Shown: piece by piece, positions 1-13,414 of the stretch
Position numbering within the stretch: the stretch's first letter is position 1
Layout: each line of letters opens with the position of its first letter
NCBI GenBank assembly: GCA_000320545.1
Contig: ADNK01003454.1
Span: 11,072 to 75,071, forward strand
DNA length: 64,000 bases
Source: Bigelowiella natans CCMP2755
Taxonomy: Eukaryota > Protista > Cercozoa
Reading direction: 5' to 3'
The notes under the pieces: generated by a model
The model's input: the letters and a program-made list of their open reading frames with translations, nothing else
What the model was told of the DNA's origin: nothing
Database searches by the model: none
Program-made: the position numbers and the translations under genes

Positions 1-59
1 CTAATCCACAACAAGGGTGGATGTGCAATGCTATTTATTTCCTCTTTATTAAATACTGG

Positions 60-107
<48 letters not shown>

Positions 108-1265
108 TGTACATAAATACTTTTTTCTTTAATATATATTTAAGACGGCATTTTTTTAAGTTTGATGTGCTATTTGACGTAAGAAAAAACACACATTCTT
201 GATGTTTCGATCATAGTAACATACGCAATTCGTTTTTATACAAAAAAAATCGTACGAGAAACTTCTTTCTTTTTCCCAAAGCCAAAAAAATTTGAAAATT
301 GAGTCCTAATTGATGATGTAAATTATATTGTGAGCTTATTTTTATGGTTTTCTCTCCAATAAAAACCATCGCAACATGCACATAGAATACTTCAACTTTT
401 ACACATACATACACATATATATCTATGTTTCTACTTTAGATTGCATAGATATAATGGATATTCTGAGGAGTTAATATTCAACAATTTCTAGAAGTAACAA
501 AGGCATGATTAAAGTCAACATAATATCTGAGGACATGCATATTAGCACTTCTTTCCATAGTATGCGAGTTAATGAAGTTAAAAAAAATAGATCTAAATAT
601 TTTGTCCATAAGTATTCATATGTTTGTTTATTCAGAATGATTTCGTTGATGATATTTATTATATTATGCGTTCTAAAATCACCACCACATCACATATTAC
701 ATGGGATCTGCAGCGTTTTCGTCGACGTAACTGAGATTTTAGTGATAAGGTGAATAAAAGGGCAAGAATAGCAAGGGAAGGGAAAAGAAAGAAGAGAAAT
801 AAAAAAGTAAGTGTCGATCAGAGCTAGGAGGTGTGGATGGGAGAGAAAGAAGAAAAGAGGAAGAAAATAAGGGAGGGAAGGAAGGAGGGAGGGATTAAAT
901 CATCTGAAAAATACATATCTCATATTGCATAAAATTTTAATCAAAGTTGATGATATTTCATTGGTGTTTTCAAATGTATGTGAATAAGCATCTCTACTTG
1001 TGGTATAATAATGCTTTAGCACATGGTTGAAAGCTTGTCAATACTGCGAATATTTCTACTTCTATTACCCGCTTTCGACATATTCTCCTTTTACATCAAC
1101 CTATCAATTTAAGAGGACTATTTTAGAAAAATTGAAGTATGATGTGGCTCATTTTCATCACTTTTTTGTTGAGCTATACTATGTTGTTTATTTTTATCAA
1201 TGTGCATGTGATATCAAAATAAGAAATATGTAAGTAAGAGCAACTCTACAACCGCCACTAGACTA

Positions 1266-1665
1266 TCAGCAATTCATTACAAAGTTTTTGAAGAAGTTTG
1301 TTGATGTCCCTGCAGCTTTCTTAAAGAGTTGGTCTTGAGCCAACCGTTTGCACTCGTAGCCTGTGATGCCTGTTTGAAGTATCTAGTGAATTGTGCAAAC
1401 ATCTAAATTTTTAAGTTGCTGGTGGGAGAAATTTAAAAATGTGGAACATATGTGAAGTTCCTTTCATAGTAAATTTGCTATTTGCTGATATATGAAATAG
1501 AACCATCTCCAACTCGATCTGCAATCTTTTGCCAATATGCATCACCAGATCTGTGACGATTATTCGCGTCGAGGTTGAAAGACATTAAGGAAGTTCGGCG
1601 CAAAATTTAGCAAAGCTTTTTCGTTTCCGTAATTTGTTATTTTATTTTTGTCCTTCTTCTCCCAT

Positions 1666-1740
<75 letters not shown>

Positions 1741-2572
1741 ATGTGTATGTGTGTTGTGTGCATTCATTTTGTCCCTTTCGAGCTATCTGCAGAATATATG
1801 AACGTTGCAGCGTATGTATGAAGCTAGATTACATTGCACTGTGCTATTCAAACAACTACCCGGATTTAACTTCCTTGCGAGCTTTTAAGAAGCGTGATAT
1901 CTTTGATATGATACAGAAATGTAAATATATGATGTGCTATCATGAATAAACCATGTGTTTCAACTCAATGCATAACACAATTGGTAAAACACATTGCAAA
2001 CCGCACATTTCTCGCATATTTTTCTTTTTTCTGATGCAGTATAAGAAGGTAGTCGTAGTACTAGTTTCTCCTCCTTTCAGATAAGGGATCTTGCAAGAAT
2101 GTGTGAAGGCATTATACCATCACACTACTTACTACTACTATCTTTATTACTATTACACCTAATACTAAGTGTAGTTTTGCTAGTATGATACCTGAGCATC
2201 GGTGAAGGCGATCTTGCCATCGTCAAGCTGTGCTAAACATTTCACGTTTCTATCGTCGATGTTGCTAGTAGTGCGTAGTAGTTGTTGGGTTTTGTAAAGC
2301 TCGGAGCCAGAGCGGTCTATTTGTTGCTGTACAGTGTGAAGTTGTGCTGAATATAGCCCCCCTGGTCTTAGAAACGAAGATGATGGGGTCAGCTGCCGCT
2401 GTCCTCTCCCCGAGACGATGCTGCTATGTGCAAGCATCGAATTGTGGGATAATGAAGATGATGTTACACCTAGACAGACAAATGCGACTGCAGCCAGGAG
2501 TAATACTGTATATTTTGTGACAATGCGGTTTGGAACTCTGGATTTTGAGAAGGGGGAGGCGGAGAATGTCAT
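1266..2572 (-). CDS. Putative spliced gene: N-terminal signal peptide + Ser/Arg-rich transit-like segment, possible C-terminal SANT/Myb-like motif; internal exons unresolved
   Basis: Exon 2572-2192 reads MTFSASPF...KYTVLLLAAVAFVCLGVTSSSLSH...FTDAQ and ends at a GT donor. Downstream spliced segment DAYWQKIADRVGD|GITGYECKRLAQ...MNC* (GT-AG intron, TGA at 1268-1266). I could not link these in frame. Confidence 0.35.
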
Positions 2573-2929
2573 GTCTGTGTCGCAGGTGTAGACAATCTGT
2601 TCGAGTGGCAGCAGGGGGACTGGGGTGTTGAGGCGACGTTCCATCAGAAAGCGAAAAAATGCCTCTAAACCAAAGCTACGACAATCCAAAATAGTGGCAT
2701 GAAATGCGCTTGACAAAATGCAAAATGTACCAGTTAGTCATGTTGTCCGGATTACGACATGAAAGATTCCATGTCGCAGGAGAAATACACAGAACATTTT
2801 TGCGGTCGTACTGATCCGTGTGGACGTGGCTGTCAGGAAGCAGGAAGTTCCTGCTCAGGATGGATGCATTGCGTCGCCGTCACTTGGCTGCTAGTTGTGA
2901 TGCATTCAATGTGTGGTTTGTACCAATTT

Positions 2930-3062
2930 GCACGAACTCCGCTGGTTTGCTAGTCAGTTCTCACTGAGACCAGTTCGAGGCACTGCATTTCGCACATTGC
3001 AAGTGCCTTGTCTCCAACACTCAGGAAACGTGGTTTTTCAAAATTGTTCTCATTGTTCTCAA
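2930..3062 (+). mobile_element. Fragment homologous to the 3' UTR/tail of the LINE at 36.5-37.6 kb
   Basis: ctcactgagaccagttcgaggcactgcattt...gtggtttttca...cattgttctcattgttctc matches the reverse complement of 37230-37350 and 36590-36715. Confidence 0.65.
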
Positions 3063-3900
3063 AAGGATGTGAGGAACGAAAGGATCCCTACGTTCAAAGC
3101 CCTCCATGAGAGTTTCAGGGTTTGCACAAATAACAGAAGCCTGACCAGTTCCAAGGTTGAAACCGTTCTGCGAACTGCTGTGCGCTCCAGCGCTGGCACA
3201 ACTGGACAAGCGCGCACAACGTGCACAGCACCGTGATCACGTGCACGTGACATGTCAATCGTGGTCACGCACGCAACAGCCAAAATCATGTGCTCATGCT
3301 TGCGCGGGTGCAACGCTTTGCACTTTGAAGCACACACGCGAAGCGAGAGCACAACGCATTGGATGGACGACGGCTGGTGCACAACTCCGTCAAACCGGCG
3401 TGCAACGACTGGGTTTTGCACAAACCATGCTTTGCGCGCGCGGCCAGGCGCGCACAATGGTTGCAATTGGACATTGGAAGCACACTGGAGCCTGCTCACA
3501 TTTGAAGTTCAAACTTGAATTTTTTTTCGAATTTCAGCTTCAAAACCTCACTTTTCAACGCCTGCCAGCGGGCACAAATCTTGAAATTGAAATTGTAGAC
3601 AAATGCTTGTGTTTCTGAAATGGCCAGCGCAAATGCACTTGCTGTGTCACAAGTTTTCCAAGCTCATGAGGGTGTGCGCACACTAGCTTCGTGTCATTGT
3701 GAAATTTCAGCACGATTGCACGCACGCACAGTCACTCCCGCGCTAGCGCGCGCCCACGCGCAGGTGTGTGCTCAATGACCTGGTGACTGCTCAATTGAGA
3801 GGTCATGCCACCTGCCACTCGTCACAGGTTTGACGGAGTTGTGTGCACGTGCCACAGCGTGTCCAGGTGTGACCACCGTCATCTGATCGTTTCCGTGGCG
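2941..3900. other. TpA-depleted intergenic block (core)
   Basis: Hand count of 6 TpA in 960 bp (3 CTAG, 1 CTAC, 1 GTAG, 1 ATAA), none in 3181-3590. CpG is abundant. A partially converted margin extends to about 4330. Confidence 0.9.
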
Positions 3901-4501
3901 GAAGGATCACTTCAGCGTTGCTGTGCGGGCCAGCTGTGGCACGATCTATAGCGCGATGCGGTGAGTGCGCTGCTAGGCTACATTCACCGCCTTACCACAG
4001 CATGCTAGCATCATAGCGCACGCGCGAGTGGTCCTCTCTTACACTCTGGTCAGCCTCTGCATGCATGCAGCAGTTCTGGCCATGCATTCAAGCTGTAGCT
4101 GGATCTGCCGCGCCCTCGACTGTAGTCGTCGAATGCAATGCAACGTGCGCTGTGCGTGCACGTGCAATGAAACATCACAGCTACTGATGATGGGTGCATC
4201 CTTTGTGCAGTGGCACGCGCGCCGCCATGAGATTTTCATTTGACCAACTCTAGCGCTCCACGCTTACGCTGCAATGAGCGCGCCAGAGCTAATAACATAC
4301 AGTGGCGTACAAGCTACTAAACATGTAACGGTACATCTCACATGCAAACGGTGATAAACATGGGATCGTCATCGGAAAGAATGATTATTGAATCAACTAT
4401 GAATTTTAGTATTGCATGTGTATTTCATTTCTGAAAGCAATTATCGATGTAAGCCCAATATTCGCTCTAATGCATACTTCACAAAAAATAGCTGATGCTA
4501 A

Positions 4502-4686
4502 CTATAGATTCTTTAGATCTGCCTTGATGTCTTCAGCAATGTTTACTGTGTCAGCAGCTTCAATGAAGTCCGGCAACTCATCAAAATTGAGATAGCGGTA
4601 AGTGTCGTCAGCTAGATAAATCAGTTATGGACAGCAGTTTAAATTGTGAATGCCAATGTAATTGTATGATGGTCAAAGAACGCATT

Positions 4687-4734
<48 letters not shown>

Positions 4735-5184
4735 ATATAAACGATTAGATGCAGAATGCACAACACGCACCTGTGGTATTTACAAACGACATTGCTTCAA
4801 GATATTCCTCAGGAGTCGGCAACTTTCCCATGATTGAAGCAACAGCTGCAAGCTCCGCGGATGCCTGCAACCACCACCACATTCAATGATCTAGTATTAG
4901 TATTATGATCGTATTGTTGTCCATATGGAGGGAAGGGAATACTTTTAGTGTTGTATACCAAGAAAACGTCTGCGCCTTTTCCGAGACGATTTGGGAAATT
5001 CCGTGTCGACGTAGAAACGACATTTGCTTTATCGGCGACACGAGCCTGATTTCCCATGCATAGTGAGCATCCAGGCATTTCTGTACGTGCGCCAACAGTT
5101 CCGTAGATGGAATAGTATCCCTGATGATGATGATAAATTATAATCAAAGACATTCGAGAGAACAATGAATCAAACGCGAATAGT

Positions 5185-5235
<51 letters not shown>

Positions 5236-5914
5236 TCCCGTAGTCACAATTAACAGTAAGGAGTACCTCAGCAGTGAGCTGCGCAGCATCCATTTTCGTT
5301 GGTGGTGCTACCCACAGTCTTGTTGGCAATGCCCCCTCTGAGTAATACGATGATGATAAAAATGAGGGCAGTGATGATTTTATGCTAAAATGGTGATAAC
5401 CACACGGATAACATCTCTTGTTCATGTTTTGTGAAAACTCTTCAGCATTTAGTTACGTGAATTATTCTGTAGTAGTTTTCCAGCAGCTCTGAAATGGCCT
5501 ATGTTCGTCATGCAAGACCCAATGAAGACCTACATTATTCCACCAGGAACCAACAAAAAGCTTCTTAATAATTCCAACTTAACACTCAGTCACCCATTTC
5601 ATAGAATTCGCTAAAAGGAGTAGTGTTGAGGCAATCATCTCAAGTCAATTCTACCTCATCGATCTTTGTATCTTTTACCTCCGAAAGAAGACGTGCTAAT
5701 TTTTGACAGGAGAGTAGAAGTGTGGAGAGTAGAAGTGTTGTTACTAATATCTTAATATATACTACTCGAGAAAATAACGGATTGTAGCTGTAATAATATC
5801 ACTCTCGACAAAGTCTGCGCTGCATCACTGTACTGTGTGCGCAGAAAAACAATTATCCGTTTTCCGTTGCAATTAATTTCTCGATCTAAGATTCATCATG
5901 TGAAACAGTAATCT

Positions 5915-5953
<39 letters not shown>

Positions 5954-7631
5954 ATATACACTGTTTTTACGACTCTGTTAGCACCCCCCCCCCCCCCCCC
6001 CTCTCACCAACCTATGTCTACAAAATGATAAAGTGGTTGAATACCATCGTCTGGGTCATTTGGAGCACATAGAATAGGCTCAGTGATTTCGTTCATATCA
6101 ATGTCAATCACAGCTGCGTATCTATTTATTAGAATGTACGAGGAATATTTTGAGAAATATTAATGTGATATGACAACAATTATGATTCGTAGTTTTGCAT
6201 TCTAGACAAATAGTCTGATAAAAACAGGCAGTGGACTTACTCTGCATTAGGATCTGCCTCCATGAGTTGAGGATTTTCAAGCCATTTTTCCATAGCAACG
6301 ATCCTGCGGCTGATCGTCCTCTCATCACCATACCCTTCAGATATCATCCATTTAAGCATCACGATGTTGGACTGAAGATACTCGATGATGGGCTCTTTGT
6401 CGAGCTTGATGGTACATCCCGCTGCAGATCTTTCTGCGGATGCATCCGAGAGTTCAAATGCCTGTTCGCATTTGAGCTGTGAGAGCCCTTCAATCTCTAA
6501 GATCCTTCCGGAGAAGATGTTTTTCTTGCCTGCCTTTTCTACGGTCAGAAGTCCTTCTTGAATGGCGTAGTAAGGGATTGCATGAACGAGGTCACGAAGA
6601 GTAATTCCTGGTTGAAGCTCTCCAGAGAAACGTACCAGTACTGACTCTGGCATATCAAGGGGCATAACACCTGTAGCTGCAGCGAATGCGACCAATCCAG
6701 AACCAGCAGGGAACGAGATTCCAATAGGGAAACGAGTGTGTGAGTCCCCCCCCGTGCCGACAGTATCAGGCATCAGCATTCTATTAAGCCAAGAGTGAAT
6801 AATTCCGTCGCCAGGTCTGAGTGATACTCCGCCTCTGTTCATGATGAAGTCAGGTAGTGTATGGTGTGTGATGACATCCACGGGCTTCGGATAGGCTGCT
6901 GTGTGACAAAAAGACTGCATGACCAGGTCAGCTTGGAATCCCAAACATGCAAGATCTTTTAGCTCATCACGCGTCATAGGTCCTGTAGTGTCTTGAGATC
7001 CGACAGTCGTCATCTTTGGCTCCACATACATTCCTGGAAGCACTCCTTCTACACCACACGCTTTTCCCACCATCTTCTGTGCAAGTGTGTAACCATCGAC
7101 CTTCTTCACTTCGGATTGGGGAAGGTTGAACACCGTAGATGCTTCAAGACCGAGCGACTCGCGTGCTTTGGTAGTTAGGCCACGGCCAATGATAAGAGGG
7201 ATACGGCCTCCAGCACGAACCTCATCTAAGATAACGTTTGTCTTGAGGGAGAATTCAGCAAGAACATCTCCGTTTTCAGCTTTCACGACACCCTTGTGTG
7301 GAAAAATCTCGATGATGTCCCCCATTTTCAACTTTGATACATCCATTTCGATTGGAAGAGCTCCTGAATCTTCCATGGTATTAAAGAATATAGGTGCTAT
7401 TTTCCCGCCAATACAGACGCCACCCGCACGTTTATTAGGCACGTTTGGGATATCATTCCCCATTAGCCAGAGCACGGAGTTGGTTGCACTCTTACGAGAT
7501 GATCCCGTGCCGACGACATCACCGACATATGCAAGAGGATGGCCTTTTTGTTTCAGCTGCTCAATTTGTTCAATAGGGCCGATTTCACCGTCCTTATCTG
7601 GATTGATACCTTCCCGAGCTACATTAAATCA

Positions 7632-7677
<46 letters not shown>

Positions 7678-8483
7678 CTATTCAGTGTGACCAATGAATT
7701 TTATCATTAATTCAAAATACTGTTAAAAACAGTAACGTTTATTGGTATTATTACCGTTCTTCAGCATAGCGAGGGCATGTTTCGGAATGTCAGGGCGAGA
7801 CCATGCATCTGGAGCTGGCGACAGATCGTCTGTATTTGTCTCTCCAGTTACCTGGGGAGGATTATGCAGTTGTTCAATCATCTTTGGTTACGGGGAAGGT
7901 AACGGAGTATGAGCAGCATTTTTCACCCCATTCATCGTGACACATCAGTGATTCTTGTAATTGCGTCAAAGTGATAAACATCTGGTATTTTCAATGTGAA
8001 TGAAATACGTTCAAGTCCAATTTAATATGATTAAATGCCATCGTTTAGTTCATATGACCTTAAACACAGTAACAGTGATCTTTTCGGGCACTTCAGGCTT
8101 AGATAAATACCACTCGGCATCTGCCCAACTTTGGATCACTTTCTTAGCAGCTTCGTTCCCGCCGTTTGCAAGTTCCTCAACATCGTGGAACGCGTCGAAT
8201 ACAAGAATTGTGTGGGAAAGGCACTTTACCTTGTAAATTGAGCATAAGCAAGTCAAAAAACTTCATATTGAACACATTCTGGATACTATCTTCTTGATAC
8301 TTCTAATTTTAATACTTATATGGAAACTGCAAGTATACCGCGACTGGAGCCATTTCTTCGTCCTTGAGGAGTTCGATTAGAGTTGCGATGTTGTAGCCAC
8401 CTAAGTAAAAATTTAAACTTTGCATACGTTTGCTAGCTTTCGATCCCTTGCGCACTTTCCCAATTTCAAATAAATTATAAAAT

Positions 8484-8526
<43 letters not shown>

Positions 8527-9332
8527 ATATACCCCCCCCTCCCCTCGCGTGTGTGTGCTCGATCACTTCTGGGGCATCTATTCTTTCTAAGGGCACACTA
8601 ATTCTTTCTCACTATTATTGATCTATATCAACTTCTGCACTATTAATACCTTGCATGGTTCCAAGCAGTTCGGTAGCTAGTTGACGCGATACGAGGGGGC
8701 TCTTGGCGTCACCCTGCACATCGTCATATCTCTCATATAGGTGTGGGAATGTGTTCGTACATTGGAACCTTAGCGACTGCTGAAAGAAATCCAGCCTTAA
8801 CATAAGCTGCTTCGTCAACACCAGGAGGTATGCTAAGAAAAGGGGGCATGTCAAGAAATCGATATGTAGACACTTTGATACGAAAATCTTTTATCACAAA
8901 CCGGTTTGAGAGAAGGTCAACCAGAGTTTCTTCTTCTCCAACATCTGGATTTTTAAGCTCCTGTAATAGGTAGATTTTGAACAAGAACCCAAAAATTGAA
9001 AAGCATAAAATGATGTACTTCCACAAGATCGGAAACTTGCTCTGCATTCAAAGGCTGAGCTACAAGGCCTTCCGAAGCTCTTTCAGCAACGAGGCCGTTA
9101 TATTTGTCCAAGAATGCGGACAAATAGCGTCGATTTCTAAATATTGAATGACACACAAAATTATGGAAATGTTGAGAACGTTAGTGGGGAACGTGTGACG
9201 AAAGAAAGTTTAGTTTTCTTTGTTCGGATGTAAGTTCTTTGGTTGTTTTCGCAGTTCTTTTAGGCATAACTACTACCTGGAAATAAGTTTCCTTGCTTTA
9301 ATAGCAGCATGTCTGGACGAGCGGGCAAGCAT
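4502..9332 (-). CDS. acnB: Aconitate hydratase B (bacterial AcnB type) with mitochondrial-like presequence, 16 exons
   Basis: Exons 9332-9277, 9136-9019, 8960-8902, 8832-8769, 8713-8650, 8400-8339, 8229-8059, 7851-7755, 7618-6241, 6121-6045, 5695-5655, 5529-5457, 5337-5267, 5120-4959, 4864-4771, 4611-4502. All introns are GT-AG and in phase. Motifs [89 protein letters not shown] match AcnB. Confidence 0.97.
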
Positions 9333-10304
9333 CTACCAGTGAACAATGAATGAGGAAAAGGGAGAGGGGGTAGATAGTGATGTTTCTCGTGTTCTACAGT
9401 GGCCACTTGACTTATGTGTTGTGGTGTAAGCCTTACCGGAAAGCACGTCTGTCTAGTATACATTCAAATTTGAGTACAATATTTGGAAACGACACGATAT
9501 GTTTTAAATTTTTAAAAGAAAATCGAACAATATGATTTTTACGCGTTGAAGCGCAGTTGCCAAATTAAATGATATTAAGGCATTCACACTAAAGATCCGA
9601 AAATATCAAACCCTGTTATGTAGACACATTAGAATAAGTATTGAAGACGTAGAGACCTAATATCCCATAAAATAAAGATATTTAAAAATGTCATATTATC
9701 ATTCACATTCTTAATCAAGATTATCGGTTGCATGAATTTTAAAAAGATAAGACTGCATAATATTCATGTCGTTTAGATATTTATTAGGACATTTATCGAA
9801 GAAGCGATATTCAATCTTGGACTGAAACGAATTCAGGCTCATTTCGGGTAAAGTTTTCCGACTCGGACAGACTCACAGAAAAAAACGATAAATTAAGTTC
9901 ATCTAATCTCCGAATTTGTGACGCAGTTTTTTGCAATCTTATGAAATTTCATAAGAAATCCTGGAAATCCACACAAAATCCGTGGGAAATCCGTATCGAA
10001 AAATTGGAAATCTAAGAAAATCTATTAAATCCAGGAACTTCGTAGCAAGATATTTTCTAAATGTAAAATTTTATTTCTCCGATCGAATGCTGCTTCACAT
10101 AGACAACTAGGATTTCCTAGAAATTTCGAGGAAACTGTCCACATATTCGAGTATGCATTTCAAGAGTTTTAGAGATTACGACATGGAGTAATATACCAGT
10201 TTCACAAAAAAATCACAATCCCATACATTTCTTACCTACGACAATGCGTTTATGCCTATTGCCACCTTTCCCTCAAAACCCAACACAAACTAATTTTAAT
10301 ACGT

Positions 10305-12297
10305 ATGGCTGCTTCCGTGAGCAGCAAATGCTACTTAGCGATCGCCAAAGGGCTCCATGGCCTTGACGCTGCTTCGTACAAGCCTTTTGATACGTAAATA
10401 TAAAAATTTGTCGATGAAACTTGATAGTAATGGGAATACGGGAGGAGAAGACGTCAACCTTCCAGAACAATTTCAAACAGCATATCGAGGAGGGTGGGAG
10501 ATGGAGAAAATCGGCTCGAAAGGGGACTTTTAGCATGTTACTTTAAGAATTGTTATTGCTATATGAAACAAATACTTACCCGCGTGTTGAATACTATCTT
10601 AGATTCCGCGAATACTACGAACGGGTAGTAAACACGACCACCACCTCAACATCACGCACGTTTCTACCAATTTAAAATAAACAATATATTATTTTCTGGC
10701 TACAAACTTAAAACAGTCGCGACTTATGGTCGGTGCCCTATGGTTTATCATCTTTGTGTTCGGGTTGTTCGTATACCTGGTCGTAAATGTGTTGATTTTC
10801 TTCCAGTTAGAAGATCTTCGGATAGGATTTGAGGTTGGAGCTGTGATCATCATCATCATCATCATCATTATCATCATCATATTGAATGAAAAACAACTTA
10901 TTCATTAGCAACCGATTATCGTCAGATTTCAGCTTTGTAGAATGTATATCCTAGTGTGAAATAATCTGACAAACAGCCAAAGGAGTTGGATTCCATTCTT
11001 TCCAGTCAATCATTTCGATTTGATGGTACAACAACTGGAATATCTATCGAGCTTGGAGGAGCAGGGGAAGGGGGGGATGGAACATTGGGCAGTAGTATGA
11101 TCGGTGTAGTTAGTGATACTAAAACGCTGGCTTCATCAAAAAAGCTGCTGGAAAATGAAAACTCGGTAGTAATTATGGTTGAAGGATGAGGAAGAAGAGA
11201 ACAAAAGAAAGGGAGTCGAGATATGTTTACTGCTTTCATTTTTAAGTTAACTTCAGCGCATTTCTAAGATCAAATAAAATTCTCTCTCCTTTCATGGACT
11301 TGGAAGGAATGAATGATCTTACTAAATTACGCATGCTGTGTTTGGTAAGATGATCGGAAGTGTCTATTGTGTGCTACTATTATTGAGTGTATTCACACTA
11401 CTACTATGCTCATAATTAGCCTAATCATGATAACCAAATCTATCTTATATGCTATAGATGCTTGCAATGGGACTTAACCTCACCTGGCAGATAGTGTTCG
11501 AAATGAGGTCGAATAGTACGGACCAAGTCACACCTATACGGGTAAAAGCCGTTTGCAAAAACAGAGAAAATAATGCCAATACATGTATTGTATACATGCA
11601 TTTTATCTACAATGAATGATCAGAACTTGGAATCTGGGTGTGGAGAGGGGGTGCCATTTGGCATTTGTTCGTCTGGATCTGTTGATTCCATTCAAGGTGG
11701 TTTTTATGATTATTTTAAGAAGAAGAAGATGGTTTTTACAACATACATATGATTGACTTAATACACCTTCTGATCAGGAACTGATCTACGACCTCCATTT
11801 AGAATTCTGCGTGCTATTATCAAGTAGTAATGATAACAACATATAATAGTATATAGAATAACTTATGACGATGACATCTTGTGCTTGTTTCTATGATGCT
11901 GGCTCTCTCTCCTCTCTTGTGATACAATCGCAAAAATGTCAGTCTACTTGAGCTACTACTACTGTCTAACTTGTTGCTAAGATTTGCTAACAGAAAACAG
12001 TATTATAATATTGATGATGATAACGAATATATCCACTGCAGATGCAATGCTGCTGGCTCTACGACAGGATGTTCAAATCTTTCATCAGAAATCCTACAAA
12101 GCACTGTGGTTTTGAATTCAAACAACATCTTCGCTAATCAACTTACGACGCCAATCTACTCTGAAAAATTCAATTATCATTCCTCTGCATCATTTCGATG
12201 GCCTGGAGAGGGAAGGAAGCTGATTGCACGGATGGGTGTTGATGCTATCGAAACACGTGTTAGAGCTACAACAACATCAGATCCATTTGTATGTTTA

Positions 12298-12330
<33 letters not shown>

Positions 12331-12951
12331 CATCATACGCTAAGATGATGATGATGATAATGAGCAGCAGCATCGAGATCTACACCGACAACGCGGAGGA
12401 TATGATTAAATAGATCGAATCATCGATATATCTGCAGTTATATTTTGATGATAATAGCGGCTCTTTATTTTTGCTGCATTATGTAATGGTAAATCACCTA
12501 CTAGTGTTATCTTAGTCACTGCATCGTTTCATCTCGTTTTTCTTGGTCTAATCACCTTCCTCTTTTTCAATAAATATATTATTTGTTTCATTAGAACTTG
12601 GAGAATCTGAACGACTTCTACATAACTATCGAGCCTTCATTTACATTCGTGGATGTATGATTCTTTACTTTGCTAGCTGCGGTGTTATTAATGTTAATCA
12701 GTCTTCTTGCAGATGACTAATTTTGCCATTGCTGTCTACTACCGCTCCTACTAATAATAATAACAATGATAACAATAATACTATTACTTACTACCAAGGG
12801 GAATATTATGTTGTATTTTACTAAAGTAGCATTGCATCATCGTTTGTTGTTTTATTACTCGTAGAGAGCAAGATAGAATACAGTGCTGATTTCTATTTAG
12901 CTATTCGACTTTGTCCTTCTCCTTCTCCTCCTCCTCCTCCTCCTCCTCCTC

Positions 12952-12982
<31 letters not shown>

Positions 12983-13322
12983 CACTACTACTTTCTCAAT
13001 AGATATACCGTTGTCGTGATGATTATTGTAAAAGTGATTTGATGGATCAGTACGCGCCTTTAGGAGAAGATAATGTTGTTGTGGATATTATATTTGCTCT
13101 GCCTGTAACTGCAGACAGGACACCAGTATGTGCTAGTACTACTTAGAAAAAGAAATCAGAAGAAAAATAAGAAAAAAAGAAGAATATAAGACAGAGGAGG
13201 AGGAGGGAGACTAGTTATTCCCATATTATGAAGATTATTTGTTCGATGCAGCCGCTCTGTGACAATTTCTATCAATACCACGATTGCAGATATAATGCTT
13301 TATATAAATAAAAAAATATATT

Positions 13323-13358
<36 letters not shown>

Positions 13359-13372
13359 TTACTTATAAATGC

Positions 13373-13414
<42 letters not shown>

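Noticed and set aside
10340-12200. Apparent minus-strand exon chain resembling a glycosyltransferase C-terminus
   Set aside because: It is the antisense shadow of a longer, phase-consistent plus-strand gene, and it could not be closed without stops.
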